From positions 358 through 64,357 of the forward strand of contig CAYUCE010000002.1 of the NCBI GenBank assembly GCA_964443275.1: DNA of 64,000 nt, in the 5' to 3' direction. Positions 49,918 through 58,956 of the stretch are shown piece by piece. Positions within the stretch are counted from its first letter, which is position 1, and each line of letters starts with the position of its first letter. The translations under genes were made by a program, and so were the position numbers. The notes beneath the pieces were generated by a model. That model ran no database searches, was not told the DNA's origin, and saw only the letters and a list, made by a program, of their open reading frames with translations. Origin of the DNA: an uncultured Thermotogae bacterium (GTDB lineage: Bacteria > Bipolaricaulota > Bipolaricaulia > CAYUCE01).

Positions 49918-50037
49918 CTCAGCACCAAACGTAGAAGTCTCCGGTTGGGCACAGAGGCCCAACCATATGACCCTATAGGTACGACCAAACGTAGGGAATG
50001 GCCTCTGTGCCATTCCGAAACCGCGCTAGTAACTACT

Positions 50038-50997
50038 ATGGCAAATAAAAATAAGGCTCAAGATAGGATAGTGATAGCTGTAGGAGGAAATGCCATCCTT
50101 AAGCCCGATCAACCGTGGTCGGCTAAAAGGCAACTGGACAATATAAAGACTACCTGCAAGCAACTGGGAGAGATAATCATAAAGGATGGATACCAACCAG
50201 TCCTCACCTACGGAAACGGCCCCCAGGTAGGCAACATCCTTCTTCAAAACGAAATTGCCAAACAGAAAGTTTCGCCGATGCCTCTGGATATTTGCGGAGC
50301 CCAGAGCCAGGGGCTTTTGGGTTATCTGCTAAGTAAGGAACTAAGAGGTGTTTTGGAAGAAAACGGCTTGCGAGATTTTCAAGTGATCTCGGTGATAACC
50401 CAAACTTTGGTAAGCTCAGATGATCCCGCCTTCACCAATCCCACCAAACCTATTGGTCCTTTCTACTCCCGAAAGGAAGCTGAAAAGCTAAAAAAAGAGA
50501 GAGGTTATCAAATTACCCAAGATGCTAACCGCGGTTGGCGTCGGGTGGTCCCCTCCCCCGATCCCATAACAATTGTGGAAAGTCCGGTGATAAAGCATCT
50601 GGTGGATAAAAAAGTCATAGTCATTGCTTCCGGTGGAGGAGGTGTACCGGTTACCAAAGAAGATGGGCAACTTATAGGTAAAGAAGCAGTTATAGATAAA
50701 GACCTGGCTGCCTGTAAGTTAGCTTGTGACATCAAAGCCAGAACCCTGCTTATTTTAACCGATGTCCAGCAGGTGATGCTCGATTACGGCACCAGCAAGG
50801 CGAGGGGAATCGAGCGGATGAACCTAGAGGAAGCAAGAAAATATCTGGATGAGGGCCACTTCGCCGCAGGCAGCATGAAACCCAAAGTAAAAGCCTGTAT
50901 TAAATTCGTTGAAAATGGCGGTCAAAAAGCGATAATTACTTCTTTGGATAAAGCCATACAAGGACTTTCCGGAAAAGCTGGTACCACTATTTATTAA
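50038..50997 (+). CDS. arcC: Carbamate kinase
   Basis: Likely start is MANKNKAQDRIVIAVGGNAIL at 50038; the track ORF begins at 49945. Carbamate-kinase/amino-acid-kinase fold, 319 aa. Confidence 0.8.
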   Translation: MANKNKAQDRIVIAVGGNAILKPDQPWSAKRQLDNIKTTCKQLGEIIIKDGYQPVLTYGNGPQVGNILLQNEIAKQKVSPMPLDICGAQSQGLLGYLLSKELRGVLEENGLRDFQVISVITQTLVSSDDPAFTNPTKPIGPFYSRKEAEKLKKERGYQITQDANRGWRRVVPSPDPITIVESPVIKHLVDKKVIVIASGGGGVPVTKEDGQLIGKEAVIDKDLAACKLACDIKARTLLILTDVQQVMLDYGTSKARGIERMNLEEARKYLDEGHFAAGSMKPKVKACIKFVENGGQKAIITSLDKAIQGLSGKAGTTIY

Positions 50998-51017
50998 ATT
51001 TAAGTTTTCATAATTTT

Positions 51018-51728
51018 CTAACCGGCAGTGGGAATTTTAAAACTATCCTCTGAAATTTTCCCATCCTCCAGATATATGACCCGTTTTACCCTTTCTAAAA
51101 GTCGGGTATCATGGGTAGCAAATAGAAAGGTCACCTGTTGGTTTTCATTTAATTTTCGCATCAAATCGATCAAATTAAGGCTGGCCTCAGTATCCAGATT
51201 GGCAGTTGGTTCATCGGCCAATACTAAAGATGGGCCAGCGGCTACCGCTCTAGCTACAGCCACCCGTTGCTGTTGACCCCCGGAGAGCTGATTGGGACGG
51301 CGATCTGCTAATTGGTCCACATCCAGGGCTTCGAGAACGGACATGGCCCTATCTTTGCGCTTGGATTTTGCCTGCCCTTGAAGTTCCATGACAAACTCGG
51401 CATTCTCCAAGGCGGTGAGTACTGGAAGCAGATTATATGCCTGAAATACAAAACCCAACTCGTACAAGCGAAATTCCGCCAGTTGACCTTTAGACAGTTG
51501 GTTTAGCTCTTTTCCGTTTACCCAGATCTTTCCCCCCGTAGGCTGAAGCAAACCGCCAACAATATGAAGCAGGGTGGATTTACCCGATCCGGACGGTCCG
51601 GCCACGCTCGCATACTCCCCTTTTTCTATCCTTAGATCAATCCCCCGTAAGGCCGGAGTCTCTACCGAATCCACCTTGTAGGTCATCTCTAACTTCTCAC
51701 AACGTACAATTTTTTTTCGATCTTCCAT
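51018..51728 (-). CDS. ABC transporter ATP-binding protein (LolD/MacB-type)
   Basis: Walker A GPSGSGKST, signature LSGGQQQRVA and Walker B LVLADEPT. Length is 236 aa. Confidence 0.9.
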   Translation of the reverse strand: MEDRKKIVRCEKLEMTYKVDSVETPALRGIDLRIEKGEYASVAGPSGSGKSTLLHIVGGLLQPTGGKIWVNGKELNQLSKGQLAEFRLYELGFVFQAYNLLPVLTALENAEFVMELQGQAKSKRKDRAMSVLEALDVDQLADRRPNQLSGGQQQRVAVARAVAAGPSLVLADEPTANLDTEASLNLIDLMRKLNENQQVTFLFATHDTRLLERVKRVIYLEDGKISEDSFKIPTAG

Positions 51729-51928
51729 ATTAACTCCTTATTTATCAGTTAATGGTCTATTTCTAAACTTCACATTTAATTTTAAGTTAGACTTTGTAGA
51801 GGAAGGCTTCAGCCTTCCATGTTAATTGATTTCGATACAAAAAAACATCATGGAACTCTAAAACTTTGCGCTACCCACAAACAACCGGAATATATTCTCT
51901 CCAATTGCAATTTTTTTTGTAGCGGAAA

Positions 51929-52006
51929 CTCTACTATGCTGCTTCGCAGCTCTCTGCTTCGCAAGCTTCGCAGAAGCGTAGAAGAGGTCGTAGAAGCGAA
52001 GAAGAG
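51929..52006. repeat. Left copy of an inverted repeat of about 79 bp (cttcgc/gcgaag-rich) flanking the Lol-like cassette
   Basis: ctctactatgctgcttcgcagctctctgcttcgcaagcttcgcagaagcgtagaagaggtcgtagaagcgaagaagag equals the reverse complement of 56138-56216, apart from one indel and a few mismatches. Confidence 0.6.
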
Positions 52007-52048
52007 CCTTTAGGTTTTCATCTTATCTGGGATATCCTCCATATTTGT

Positions 52049-53302
52049 TTACTCATACCGCATGGCCTCCACCGGATCTAGCCCGGCCGCCTGCCTGGCT
52101 GGCCACCAGGCGGCCACCAAAGCAATAAACATCATGGTCACCGCCGAAATCACCATGTCAAAGGTAGTTATTCGTAAGTACATAACGGATTGAAAGCCTA
52201 CTGCTGACAGCTCTTCTTGATATTCTTGATATACTGGTAGTGCCAGTCCTTGACTTCCCCACAGTACCAGTCCAACCCCAATTCCAGTGCCCACTGCAGC
52301 CCCAATTATAGTTAGGAGTAAAGCTTCTGTGCTGATCATACCCATGATACGGCGCTTGGACGCTCCCAAAGCGCTAACTACCCCCAATTCACGGATTCTC
52401 TCCAACACCGATAAGTATAAGGTATTTAACACTACTAAGCCGGCTAGAAGATAGAAAATAGCAGCAAAAACAGCATACAGTGGTCTTAAAATTCGTAAAA
52501 TCCCTGCTCTCTGGGGGGCCAATTCCTTCCAAGTCTCCACCAGGAATTCTTCCCCCAGTTTACTTTGCAGCCGGTTTGCTACCTGGTCGATCTTAGCGCT
52601 GTCCCAGGGACCGGTTACCCCTTTCACCATGGCCACCGCAGTAGTGGCAGCAGTGGAGGATTTTATAAGCTGCCGGGCATCTTTTAAGGTTATCTGTAGT
52701 AGCGATCGGTTAAGCTCCGAAGAAGGGGCATCCAACTCCCCTACAATTTTAGGCACTAAGACACTTGATCCTATCTGGGGATGGGAAACTAAAAGTATAA
52801 TTGATTGTCCCGACTCTACTTTTAGATTTTCAAGCAGTAACTTTCCGGCCACCGCTTTGTTACTATCATCAGCTTTTAGATACCGTCCCTCTTTTACCCA
52901 ATTATCGACGGGGCTAATCTTTGTGGATTCTTCCGGTTCCACCCCTTGAATCATTATGGGTTTTGATCTATCTTGGTTAGCTGCCAGAGCTGGAAGCTCA
53001 AGCTTTAGAGTAAACCATTCAATATCCGGATCTCTAGATAGGGCATTGGTAATGGGCCCGGTATCCCACATTATGGGATAAGCTTCACCTGTGGTCTTGG
53101 ATCGATAATCGGCAGGGTGAATTTGAATATGTCCAGTTTCTAGTTTCACTGTATTATCAAACAGGCTTCTTTCAAACGCTCCGGAAAAACCCCACATTAA
53201 ATCTAGTATAAGCACCGGAATGAGAACCGCCATCAGGGTAAGAATACTCCTGCGTTTGTTTCTCAAAAGATTTCTAAAAGCTAGTCTCAAGAGGAGCCGC
53301 AA
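52049..53302 (-). CDS. ABC transporter permease, FtsX/MacB/LolE-like
   Basis: 417 aa with an N-terminal TM helix, a large periplasmic domain and a C-terminal FtsX four-helix bundle. Confidence 0.8.
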   Translation of the reverse strand: MRLLLRLAFRNLLRNKRRSILTLMAVLIPVLILDLMWGFSGAFERSLFDNTVKLETGHIQIHPADYRSKTTGEAYPIMWDTGPITNALSRDPDIEWFTLKLELPALAANQDRSKPIMIQGVEPEESTKISPVDNWVKEGRYLKADDSNKAVAGKLLLENLKVESGQSIILLVSHPQIGSSVLVPKIVGELDAPSSELNRSLLQITLKDARQLIKSSTAATTAVAMVKGVTGPWDSAKIDQVANRLQSKLGEEFLVETWKELAPQRAGILRILRPLYAVFAAIFYLLAGLVVLNTLYLSVLERIRELGVVSALGASKRRIMGMISTEALLLTIIGAAVGTGIGVGLVLWGSQGLALPVYQEYQEELSAVGFQSVMYLRITTFDMVISAVTMMFIALVAAWWPARQAAGLDPVEAMRYE

Positions 53303-54132
53303 AACTCATCTCCTTTCACTAAACAGTCCAGGGTAAACCTTTCCGGCGGTATATCGATTCCAAAATCATAGCTTTCTATCTCTTCTATCGTATAGCGGCC
53401 TTCCCGCTTAAGGTCGGTAACTTCCGTTTTTAAAGGGATAACTCTTTTTTCATCTACCCGAGTGAAATCAGAAAATTCCGCCTCCCGGATTAAGGAGTCC
53501 CTTTGATCGAAGTAGTGGATAGTCAAAACAGAACAATCAGATCCTCTGATATCGATCTCCAATTTTCCAAATACCACTGGGGCTTTTGGCTTAGGGGTTA
53601 ACTTAAGTCGGGAGATTTTAATTTCTTCGTTCTCATCTCCCTTTTTTGTTTTAGTACCCAACAATTGAACATCGTAATTTTCGTTCAGGGTACCCCTGTA
53701 GACATCTTCCAAATACAAATCCGAACCTAAAAATTCCGAGGTCATGGTGGTTTGAGGTAGCGAAATAGCTTGTCCGGCGGCTGGTTTAAAATACCAAAGC
53801 TTTTCATCTTTCAATAAGTATCCGGACCCCGCTTCATCTTCCGGAGCCAGAATCCGGATAAAAGCGGGGTCTCCTCCTTCCTCGCTCCATACTTCTAGCC
53901 TATAGTTTTGCGTATAATCAGGTCGATAAATCTGAATGGAAACAACGCTGTAAAACGCAGTTTCTACCCAGTTTGCCCGGGCACAATCCAGAAGTTCCAT
54001 GGCTTTATTATCTGATGAAGATTGGGAGTAACTTATTCCAGTCAACGAAACTGCCAAAATACATATAAAAACAAACGTCTTAAACTTTAAATCGTAATTT
54101 CTAAACATGATGCATAGCCTCCGTTGGTTCAA
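53287..54132 (-). CDS. LolA-like outer-membrane lipoprotein-sorting family protein (periplasmic)
   Basis: Signal peptide, then a beta-rich body resembling the LolA-like family found between FtsX permeases. Length is 281 aa. Confidence 0.45.
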   Translation of the reverse strand: MNQRRLCIMFRNYDLKFKTFVFICILAVSLTGISYSQSSSDNKAMELLDCARANWVETAFYSVVSIQIYRPDYTQNYRLEVWSEEGGDPAFIRILAPEDEAGSGYLLKDEKLWYFKPAAGQAISLPQTTMTSEFLGSDLYLEDVYRGTLNENYDVQLLGTKTKKGDENEEIKISRLKLTPKPKAPVVFGKLEIDIRGSDCSVLTIHYFDQRDSLIREAEFSDFTRVDEKRVIPLKTEVTDLKREGRYTIEEIESYDFGIDIPPERFTLDCLVKGDEFCGSS

Positions 54133-55315
54133 TTTTTGCGGTTCTTCTAGCCGGGTACCAAGCGGCCATAATTCCAGCTAATATCACCACTGAAAGGCTG
54201 TATAGCCAATACCAGCCTGAGGCTTCTGGATATACCACGGTGGGAATGCCAAAACCTGCGGTAAGTTCGGAAAAAGCCCCAAAATCTAGTCCTACCTGAG
54301 AAAGCCAGTAATTAAAAACATATCCCACCCCTCCCCCCAAAGCGAACCCAAAGCCGGAGGATATTATAGATTCAGCAATCACCATCCGGGCTAGTTTCTT
54401 AGGCTTCATCCCCAAAGCAATCATTACTCCAAATTCCCTGGTCCTTTCTAAAACTGTAAACATGACCGTATTGGCTACTCCAAATCCTGCTAAGATAGCT
54501 AATAACAACATTATGGGGATCATTTCGATACGCTCGACAACCATCATCTCTCTTAGCAAAGGGTTTAAATCCATAAAGGAGGAGATTATCAATTTATCGT
54601 TTAATCTTTCTTTTAGCTCAGTTGCAACCCGGTTAGGGACTGAGCCATCTTTAACTGAGATTATTACTTCAGTGGCTCCGTTTATTCCGCTCAGTTTTTG
54701 GGCATCCTCCAGCGAAATATAAATCACGCTCTGATTTAATTCAGCTAAGCTAGTATGGTATAATCCCACTACATTAAAAGCCAGGGATTTCGGGCCCTCT
54801 TTTCCCTGCAGGTCGATCACCACTCGTTCACCAACTCGTGCATCCAGATCCTGGGCTATTTTCTGACTAAGGAGGATCTCACCAATTGACTTTATAAACT
54901 CTCCCTTCACCACCGCCTGGTCAATAATAGTAACCTCTAATTCCTGGATAGGATCAACCCCCCTTAGTTGCATACCCGAAGTCCCGTAAGCAGTGCTTAA
55001 AAGTCCCTCTAACTCCATTCTAGGAGCCCATCCTTCAATGGCACCAAATTCTTTCAAATTATCCTCTATAGTTTTTATTTGATCGCTGGATAAGGCATTA
55101 TCCAAGCTGGGGTCCTCTAGATAACCTGATTTATGAATTTGCAAATCACCGGTATTAATATTTTTCTGGGAATTAACAGTAGTGGTCAGAAAGCCTTCCA
55201 CCAACCCCCAAAGAACCACAATAGCCCAGGTTCCCACAGCTACGATAGCTATCATTAGCAGAGTACGCTTTTTATTCCTCCATAAATTTCGCCAAGCCAA
55301 ACGAAGTGTAGTCAT
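54101..55315 (-). CDS. ABC transporter permease, FtsX/MacB/LolC-like
   Basis: 404 aa with the same architecture as 52049..53302. Confidence 0.8.
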   Translation of the reverse strand: MTTLRLAWRNLWRNKKRTLLMIAIVAVGTWAIVVLWGLVEGFLTTTVNSQKNINTGDLQIHKSGYLEDPSLDNALSSDQIKTIEDNLKEFGAIEGWAPRMELEGLLSTAYGTSGMQLRGVDPIQELEVTIIDQAVVKGEFIKSIGEILLSQKIAQDLDARVGERVVIDLQGKEGPKSLAFNVVGLYHTSLAELNQSVIYISLEDAQKLSGINGATEVIISVKDGSVPNRVATELKERLNDKLIISSFMDLNPLLREMMVVERIEMIPIMLLLAILAGFGVANTVMFTVLERTREFGVMIALGMKPKKLARMVIAESIISSGFGFALGGGVGYVFNYWLSQVGLDFGAFSELTAGFGIPTVVYPEASGWYWLYSLSVVILAGIMAAWYPARRTAKIEPTEAMHHV

Positions 55316-55365
55316 TTGTTATTCCATCCTTTCATGCTCCCGTTATTCACGGACTTCTCTTTCTA

Positions 55366-55983
55366 TCATTGTTTTATTCCGTTTTTTATTACGTATAGCA
55401 TTTCATCTACCATTCGCATGAATTCCTTTTCTCTTGGTGCTTCCTTATCTTTAAAAAGATAATTTATGATAGACAAATTAAATGAAATAAGCATCTGGGT
55501 TACTACATCTTTATCTATCTCGGGATTTAAATTACCACTATCGATACCTCTTTGCAATAATTCCTTCAAAAATTCTTCGCTTCTCGGTAAGGCATCATCG
55601 AATATTTCACCTTTTAGATCAACATCACCTGCATTTAAAATTCTTTGTCCTATGAGAGCAAGCTGGGGATTTTTTCGAGCAAACTCAATTGCAGCTAAAT
55701 AAAGATCTCTTAAAGTTTGGAAAAAATCAAAACCGGCCCTTTCCCGTATTACCTCGCTCATAACTTGAAGTTTCTTCTTCCCGGCTATATTCAAGATATG
55801 CTTAAATAGATCCTTTTTATCCTGAAAATACTGATAAAAACTTCCCTTGGGAATATCGGCCTTTTGGACAATTCTGTTTACAGTTGCCTGGTGGAAAGGA
55901 TGATTCACAAACTCATCTATAGCCGCATCCAGTATTCTCTGTCGTTTCTCTTCTGCTAGGTTAAAAAACGTATCCGTAGGCAT
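55366..55983 (-). CDS. TetR/AcrR-family transcriptional regulator
   Basis: N-terminal HTH RILDAAIDEFVNHPFHQATVNRIVQKADIPKGSFYQYF. The likely start is the ATG at 55983 (MPTDTFF); the track uses a GTG at 55995. Confidence 0.85.
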   Translation of the reverse strand: MPTDTFFNLAEEKRQRILDAAIDEFVNHPFHQATVNRIVQKADIPKGSFYQYFQDKKDLFKHILNIAGKKKLQVMSEVIRERAGFDFFQTLRDLYLAAIEFARKNPQLALIGQRILNAGDVDLKGEIFDDALPRSEEFLKELLQRGIDSGNLNPEIDKDVVTQMLISFNLSIINYLFKDKEAPREKEFMRMVDEMLYVIKNGIKQ

Positions 55984-55992
55984 TTTGCATAT

Positions 55993-56030
55993 CACATGAC
56001 TAAGTAGTCATGTGACCATTGAGTCACATT
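55993..56030. promoter_or_regulatory. Two overlapping operator-like palindromes upstream of tetR
   Basis: CACATGACTA-ag-TAGTCATGTG (55993-56014) and ATGTGAC-cattga-GTCACAT (56010-56029) lie immediately upstream of the tetR start. Confidence 0.4.
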
Positions 56031-56137
56031 ATATACCAAAGTCGGGGGGTTGTCAAGGCTCGCTTGATTTGAATTCTACCTCAATTCTGATGTAGCCTGT
56101 TTTCGTATTTGAATTTCTCGTACTTCGCTTCTTCGAA

Positions 56138-56216
56138 CTCTTCTCCGCTTCTACGACCTCTTCTACGCTTCTGCGAAGCTTGCGAAGCAGAGAGCTACTG
56201 AAGTAGCATAGTAGAG
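56138..56216. repeat. Right copy of the inverted repeat of about 79 bp
   Basis: Reverse complement of 51929-52006 at about 94 percent identity. It is intergenic between tetR and the 56277 gene. Confidence 0.6.
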
Positions 56217-56276
56217 GCTACGTAGTAGCGTAGAAGAGTATGCTTTGATTAAGACTAAGTAGAGGAGGAATATTAT

Positions 56277-58943
56277 ATGAAAAGAAACTTATTTATTATC
56301 GGTTTTCTCGGCTTGCTTATTTTTATTTCCCTTTCTATAAACGTGTTTGGATGGTCGGATTGGAAGACTATTAAGACCGAACATTTCACCATTTTATATA
56401 AATCCGAATATGAGAACCAGGCCTGGGAAGTCCTAAAAACTATGGAACATTACCGGCCCCAAGTGGAAAAGCTTACCGGTAATAAAGCCAAACACCTACC
56501 CATGGTGATCGAAGATGTGGGAACTTTGACCAACGGTATGGCTAATCCAATTTTCTACAACATTCATCTTTTTACCTATCCTCCCTCCGGCTCTTTGGCT
56601 TTTACCCAAAACTGGTGGTCGCTGGTGGGGGTTCACGAATACACTCACCTGCTACATTTAACTAAAGCCAGCGGAATTCCAAACCTTTTGTCCTCCCTTT
56701 TTGGCAATATCTATGCCCCTAATTTATGGTCTCCGGGATGGGCGGTTGAGGGCATAACCGTTTACAGCGAGTCACAAATTTCTCCCTATCAGGGAAGGCT
56801 AAACGATGGGTACTTTGATGCCTATATGGGGGCAAGAGTGGCTGCTAATCGCTTCCCCTCCCTTCTAACCGCCACCTACGGGCCGCTGGAGTTTCCCTCT
56901 GGTTCAATCTACCTTTACGGCGGGAAATTCTTTAACTATTTAGCTAGGACTTATGGAGAAGATAAATTCGCCCAATTTTTTGAAAATTACGGTTCCTCGA
57001 CCCTCTCCCTTTACTCATCGCTTCTTCCCTTCATAGGCATTGATCAATCAGCCAAAAAAGTCTACGGGAAAGCATTCCCTCAGTTGTGGAGGGAGTGGGG
57101 AAAATACGAATCTGATAGGTTCAAAGACTTTCGCCTTGAAGGTGAGCGAATAACTGATCACGGCTGGTACGTAGAGAATCCAGCAATTTACGGAAACAAA
57201 ATATATTATCAAAGACAATATCCGGTAAAAACCGGCCCGTTTAATCAATTTGATTTCAGCAAAATTGTGGCTAAAGACCTAACCAGCGGCGAAGAGCGGA
57301 CTGTGGTTTCTACCACTTCCTTTTTTACCACCCCAATGCGGTTTCAGGAAGATAAGCTTTATTACGGAATTGGTGAAATCAAACCCGGTTATGCCAATGC
57401 TACTTTAAACACCTTTGGTTATTACAGCCTAATTTATCAAAAAGACTTATCGACCGGGGAAGAGGAAGTGCTCTTTGAGGACGAACTGCGTGCATTTGAG
57501 GTAACGGGGGACGGGAATATCCTCTATTCGAAAGATTTAAGAGATTCTTTTGGCTCCCAGCTTTACTTATATCATCCGGACATTCAAGGTAAAGAGCTGC
57601 TTTTTAAAACCGACTATTTAATTAATGAGATAGTGGCAGATGGCGATAAAGTAATCGTCTCTGCCCGCAAGGATTGGGAGAATTTTAGCCTCTATAGGTT
57701 GGATCTAAATACGGGTGACTTTACGGCCCTGGTTAAGACTCCCTATGTAGAAAGTAATCTTTCCATGGGGGTGGACAAACTGTTTTACACCGCAAATTAT
57801 GAAGGCAAATATTCCCTGTATTGCTATGATTTTGCTGAAAGTAGGATTTATAGGCTTACCGAAGATGGATTTGCTGGCTCGCCCACCTATGATAAGGCTC
57901 ACGGGACCATCTATTTTATAGGACTTAACACGGATGGCCAGGACGTTTACGCAAAATCGGCGGAATTTATGGAATTTGACCTTCCTGACTTTGAGCCGTC
58001 CGCCCCTCCACAACTTGAACTTGCCAAAAGCGAAGTTAAGGAAGGCGGATACGGTGATAACCTGGCTACTTTGACCCCTAAAATCCGGTTTCCCATAGCC
58101 TCCTATGACGAAAACCCTTCGGCCGGGCTTCTTTTAGTGGGAGGGGATGCGGTGGGAGATTTTTTATATACAGGTATTCTTGGTTACGATTTTGAGGATA
58201 AGCAGCCTAAATTTTTTCTCAACCTAATAAACAATTTCTTTGCCCCCCTCAGCTCTAATATCAGCTTCGGTAATACTGAGGGGACGTTTTTAGCTAATGA
58301 GTGGTCTTTTAACTTGGATGTAAGCTATCCACTTAACAGAAGCCTAGTGACTGGAATGTCCGAACTTAGGTTAGGGACGACCCTTGATTTATCGGAAAAT
58401 TTCACAAGAAAAGTACTGACCCCATATATTTACCTGGGTTATCAATTTCTGGCTACCCGGGGATGGATAAATATCTCCACGCCCTTGGAACGAAAGTCCG
58501 TGGGAAGCAGTATGGACAGGACCGGCCTGTATGCCGAGCTTAGACTACGCCATTTCCTCCCTCCAGAAAAAGAAGTGTTCATAAACCTCAAGGATATTTA
58601 CGATCCGGATAGTCCCAATCCCGTATTTCCAAAAATTAGAGGCTACAGGGAAGCTTTGGACACCAGGTTTGGAGCTACTCTTTCTTTTGATTATTCCAGC
58701 CCCTTACTCCGTATAAGAGATGGTCTGTGGAATCCCAGCATATACTTTGAAGACTTATGTGGAAACTTTTTTATAGACGGTGCGTTTTCATTCCAAGGTC
58801 AGTGGCAGTTGTCAACCGGAATTGAGTTTCATATAGAAACTAGGATCTTAAACGCCATGTCCTCACTTCCTATAGATTTGGGAATTAGGCTAGTATTTAA
58901 TAAGGACGGCGGTTTTGGAATTGAACCTACTTTATATATTTAG
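56277..58943 (+). CDS. Large secreted protein with HExxH zinc-peptidase-like motif and beta-propeller (TolB/WD40-like) repeats
   Basis: Signal peptide, then WSLVGVHEYTHLLHL (HEYTH), repeated DG..(I/L)Y-type propeller blades, and a Tyr/Gly-rich C-terminus. Length is 888 aa. Confidence 0.4.
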   Translation: MKRNLFIIGFLGLLIFISLSINVFGWSDWKTIKTEHFTILYKSEYENQAWEVLKTMEHYRPQVEKLTGNKAKHLPMVIEDVGTLTNGMANPIFYNIHLFTYPPSGSLAFTQNWWSLVGVHEYTHLLHLTKASGIPNLLSSLFGNIYAPNLWSPGWAVEGITVYSESQISPYQGRLNDGYFDAYMGARVAANRFPSLLTATYGPLEFPSGSIYLYGGKFFNYLARTYGEDKFAQFFENYGSSTLSLYSSLLPFIGIDQSAKKVYGKAFPQLWREWGKYESDRFKDFRLEGERITDHGWYVENPAIYGNKIYYQRQYPVKTGPFNQFDFSKIVAKDLTSGEERTVVSTTSFFTTPMRFQEDKLYYGIGEIKPGYANATLNTFGYYSLIYQKDLSTGEEEVLFEDELRAFEVTGDGNILYSKDLRDSFGSQLYLYHPDIQGKELLFKTDYLINEIVADGDKVIVSARKDWENFSLYRLDLNTGDFTALVKTPYVESNLSMGVDKLFYTANYEGKYSLYCYDFAESRIYRLTEDGFAGSPTYDKAHGTIYFIGLNTDGQDVYAKSAEFMEFDLPDFEPSAPPQLELAKSEVKEGGYGDNLATLTPKIRFPIASYDENPSAGLLLVGGDAVGDFLYTGILGYDFEDKQPKFFLNLINNFFAPLSSNISFGNTEGTFLANEWSFNLDVSYPLNRSLVTGMSELRLGTTLDLSENFTRKVLTPYIYLGYQFLATRGWINISTPLERKSVGSSMDRTGLYAELRLRHFLPPEKEVFINLKDIYDPDSPNPVFPKIRGYREALDTRFGATLSFDYSSPLLRIRDGLWNPSIYFEDLCGNFFIDGAFSFQGQWQLSTGIEFHIETRILNAMSSLPIDLGIRLVFNKDGGFGIEPTLYI

Positions 58944-58956
58944 GTTTGGGGGGATT

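Noticed and set aside
51819-52013. ORF of 64 aa
   Set aside because: It coincides with the left inverted-repeat element, and the reading frame is created by the repeat sequence itself.
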